NCBI GenBank assembly: GCA_017619715.1
Contig: JAFZRS010000008.1
Location: 14,934 to 78,933 of the forward strand
Reading direction: 5' to 3'
DNA length: 64,000 bases
Origin: Oscillospiraceae bacterium
GTDB taxonomy: Bacteria > Bacillota > Clostridia > Oscillospirales > Oscillospiraceae
Part shown: positions 63,555 to 64,000 of the stretch, one piece after another
Numbering within the stretch: position 1 is the stretch's first letter
How the letters are laid out: each line of letters starts with the position of its first letter
Notes under the pieces: model-generated
What the model was told of the DNA's origin: nothing
Databases searched by the model: none
Seen by the model: only the letters and a program-made list of their open reading frames with translations
Program-made: the position numbers and the translations under genes

Positions 63555-64000
63555 GCGTCCGCCTCATTTCCGCCGCGATGATACACCGTCAGCTTGATCT
63601 TACCGTAGCGATACTCCCGGTACAGCCGGTACGGCGCGGAAACAAGGGGCAGTACGCAATCGACCGGACTCTCCGCTACGATTATACCATGCTGTCGGCA
63701 AATGTCAAACCCTGTGATGGTTTCCAGAGCCTGCGTCAACAAATCGGTGGCATAGGGCGGATCGAGAAATACGAGATCGAACTTCTCTCCGCTGTGCAGA
63801 TACGCCAGCGCGTCACCCCGTTTGATATGTGCCCTCTCGCCAAAGCCGCACAGCTCCACGTTTTCCCGAATCAGCGCCGCCGCGTCCGACCGGTGATCCA
63901 CAAACACGCACGATGCTGCGCCGCGGCTGAGCGCTTCAATCCCCAGTTGACCGGTACCGGCAAACAGGTCCAGTACCCGCCGCCCTTCGATATCGAACTG
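63551..64000 (-). CDS. rsmD: 16S rRNA m2G966 methyltransferase (3' part only; start is outside the window)
   Basis: Frame is open to the window edge: RVLDLFAGTGQLGIEALSRGAA, FLDPPY and YGKIKLTVY. Confidence 0.92.
   Translation of the reverse strand, partial: QFDIEGRRVLDLFAGTGQLGIEALSRGAASCVFVDHRSDAAALIRENVELCGFGERAHIKRGDALAYLHSGEKFDLVFLDPPYATDLLTQALETITGFDICRQHGIIVAESPVDCVLPLVSAPYRLYREYRYGKIKLTVYHRGGNEADA

Noticed and set aside
1-64000. CRISPR arrays, IS elements, prophage or defence genes, programmed frameshifts or selenocysteine read-through
   Set aside because: No regularly spaced direct repeats, transposase/integrase/phage motifs or interrupted reading frames were seen; the apparent ORF overlaps resolve to ATGA/GTGA coupling once starts are corrected.

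Overview
This is a high-GC chromosomal segment from a spore-forming clostridial bacterium (probably Oscillospiraceae-like; inferred from gene content). Most genes lie on the minus strand. From left to right it contains: (i) a teichoic-acid/capsule-like polysaccharide locus (Wzx, TagF-family, four GT2, initiating sugar transferase, DegT aminotransferase); (ii) galE-hom-DedA/VTT; (iii) an amino-acid-type ABC importer; (iv) xpaC-telA-TPM; (v) a membrane-anchored secreted protein with ten Cys pairs of the DnaJ zinc-finger type, a peptidase C26 and an orphan OppA; (vi) asd-lysC divergent from thrC-thrH; (vii) a DEAD helicase and glgBCDAP; (viii) an [FeFe]-hydrogenase with a GltD-like partner; (ix) tRNA-Thr(CGT) next to an AT-rich DnaA-box cluster; (x) comEA-smallORF-polA-rimI-tsaD, then dac-rluA; (xi) spoIVB-spo0A followed by an XRE regulator and a second full-length Spo0A paralog; (xii) a reduced dcw cluster; (xiii) rsmD-coaD. 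No CRISPR array, transposase, integrase or prophage gene was seen. The most unusual signals are the spo0A / XRE / spo0A-paralog cassette with three tandem 0A-like boxes, the extracellular zinc-finger surface protein, the AATGal-type (possibly zwitterionic) glycan locus, the GltD-linked hydrogenase, the DnaA-box cluster with no dnaA nearby, and a 35-aa tandem-repeat small ORF. Family assignments come from motifs recognised by eye; no database search was run.
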